Positions 62,656-64,000 of a DNA stretch of 64,000 nucleotides are shown here, piece after piece. Within the stretch, counting starts at the first letter, position 1, and every line of letters starts with the position of its first letter. The notes beneath the pieces were generated by a model. That model saw only the letters and a list, made by a program, of their open reading frames with translations. It made no database searches and had not been told where the DNA came from. The position numbers and the translations under genes were made by a program. Origin of the DNA: Haliotis rufescens (lineage: Eukaryota); assembly GCF_023055435.1 (NCBI RefSeq), contig NW_025964373.1, positions 930,001-994,000 on the forward strand, written 5' to 3'.

Positions 62656-64000
62656 TATATTAACATGGATAACATATAAGTTGTCCATGACATGTTAGAG
62701 AAGAGTGTCCGGAAAATGCCAATCGGACATTTGCATTTTGGTCACAACTGTAGTTGCCAGAGAATAGATACATACATCATAAATGCTATACTTTGACTCA
62801 TTAAAAGTCATATTTGTGGCAATGTGACTGTTCTATGTCAACATTACATTTTCGTGATCGAAATACATGTAGCGCGGAAAGTCCCTACGGTGATTGGTCA
62901 AATTGGTCAATACATAAAAATATCCTGCAAAAACTGTACCAAAGTGTTACACTTATGGTTCTTATGATTATAAATGTATATAGTAAAAGAAGCAACTAAA
63001 TTGACACGATTTTGGAATATATTATTCCTGATAAGATACAGTTTGTTCCGACCATTGCATCTAAATTCTTTGAAGTTGTATCATTGGATACTTTTTGACT
63101 GAATCACCGGTAGATTGTTGTGAGAACTTGTGCACAGCTGATAGCTATTTACGGCTGAGTTAACAAGAAAATACACACGGTAATCTTAACCTCTGCATAT
63201 AAAACAATGCCTTGAAGAGCAGGAAATACAATTTAAATGGAAAAGCGTCATGTCTAGCAAAGTTTTATATCAAATTTCATTTTTAATCGACCAAGTTTGT
63301 TTTACTTTTCGTTCACCTGAATTCACTGAAGGGAAAGATCTACCATGTATTTTATAGCCTACAACACTCGATAAATACATAGATCTAAAATATATGTATA
63401 CAATTTCACCCTATTGGGATGTAGTTCTCTGTGCCTGTGGTGACTGATGTTGACTGAATTCTAAAATGTCCGGTTTGCACTATTTCAAATCGGACATTTT
63501 GTAGACACAATCGGACAAGTCCGGCGTACAGACCAATTTCCGGATCCCTGGTAATACCAACTTATTGTTAATAAACAGTGGCATCTTCAAGGGGCCAGTA
63601 ATGGGCTGTGTTACAATGTTCCTGTGAGTAATGCAGTGTGTGCTATCACAGGGAGACACTGACCTCAGGACTTCAACGCCCACAAGCTGGAGAATTTATC
63701 CCAAGTAATGTCTAGCAACTAGACCCTCACCAATTTCCTTACTTTAATCTGTTCAGCCTTACAGGAAATCAAGACAGAATGAGTTCTTGTAGACAAACAA
63801 GTTTTAATTTTAACTAGTATCCGTCTAATTTCAGATCAGATAGAGAGCATACTTTAATTATCAAGATGTTTGCTGTGTGTGCACTGTTATTGACACACCG
63901 AATTACAAACTAAATACACATCAAGTAAAAAATAGATCATATTACATTTTTCTCCAAATTCTGAGCAGCAAAATATCAAGAATTAGTGTCATCTACAATT

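Overview
Eukaryotic, AT-rich, CpG-depleted, repeat-dense genomic DNA. The SINE repertoire (ACTC-repeat tails, V-/Meta-/CORE-like bodies) suggests a mollusc, probably a gastropod such as abalone (inference). The only host gene I can support is a minus-strand high-affinity choline transporter (SLC5A7/CHT1). Its first three coding exons are at 38962-38788, 1217-1110 and 313-158, with a 37.6-kb intron after the first. The gene continues off the left edge, and at least one non-coding exon lies upstream of 39021. The rest is intronic or upstream sequence containing: an intact DD34E Tc1 transposon (33582-35111); a decayed Dong/R4-type RLE retrotransposon attached to a TAA/TGA microsatellite; a pseudogenised ORF resembling a Polinton/Maverick (adintovirus-type) membrane protein (17462-18064); several tRNA-derived SINE families, some nested or folded back; MITEs; long hairpins; and eight tandem arrays (units about 47, 25, 51, 66, 41, 33, 28/54 and 52 bp). 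The long repetitive ORFs in the ORF track are artefacts of those arrays. The best candidates for novelty are the virus-like gene relic, the fold-back tRNA-SINE, the satellite grown inside a MITE, the duplicated splice donor and a CpG-retaining island near 59-61 kb. I found no intact novel multi-gene system.
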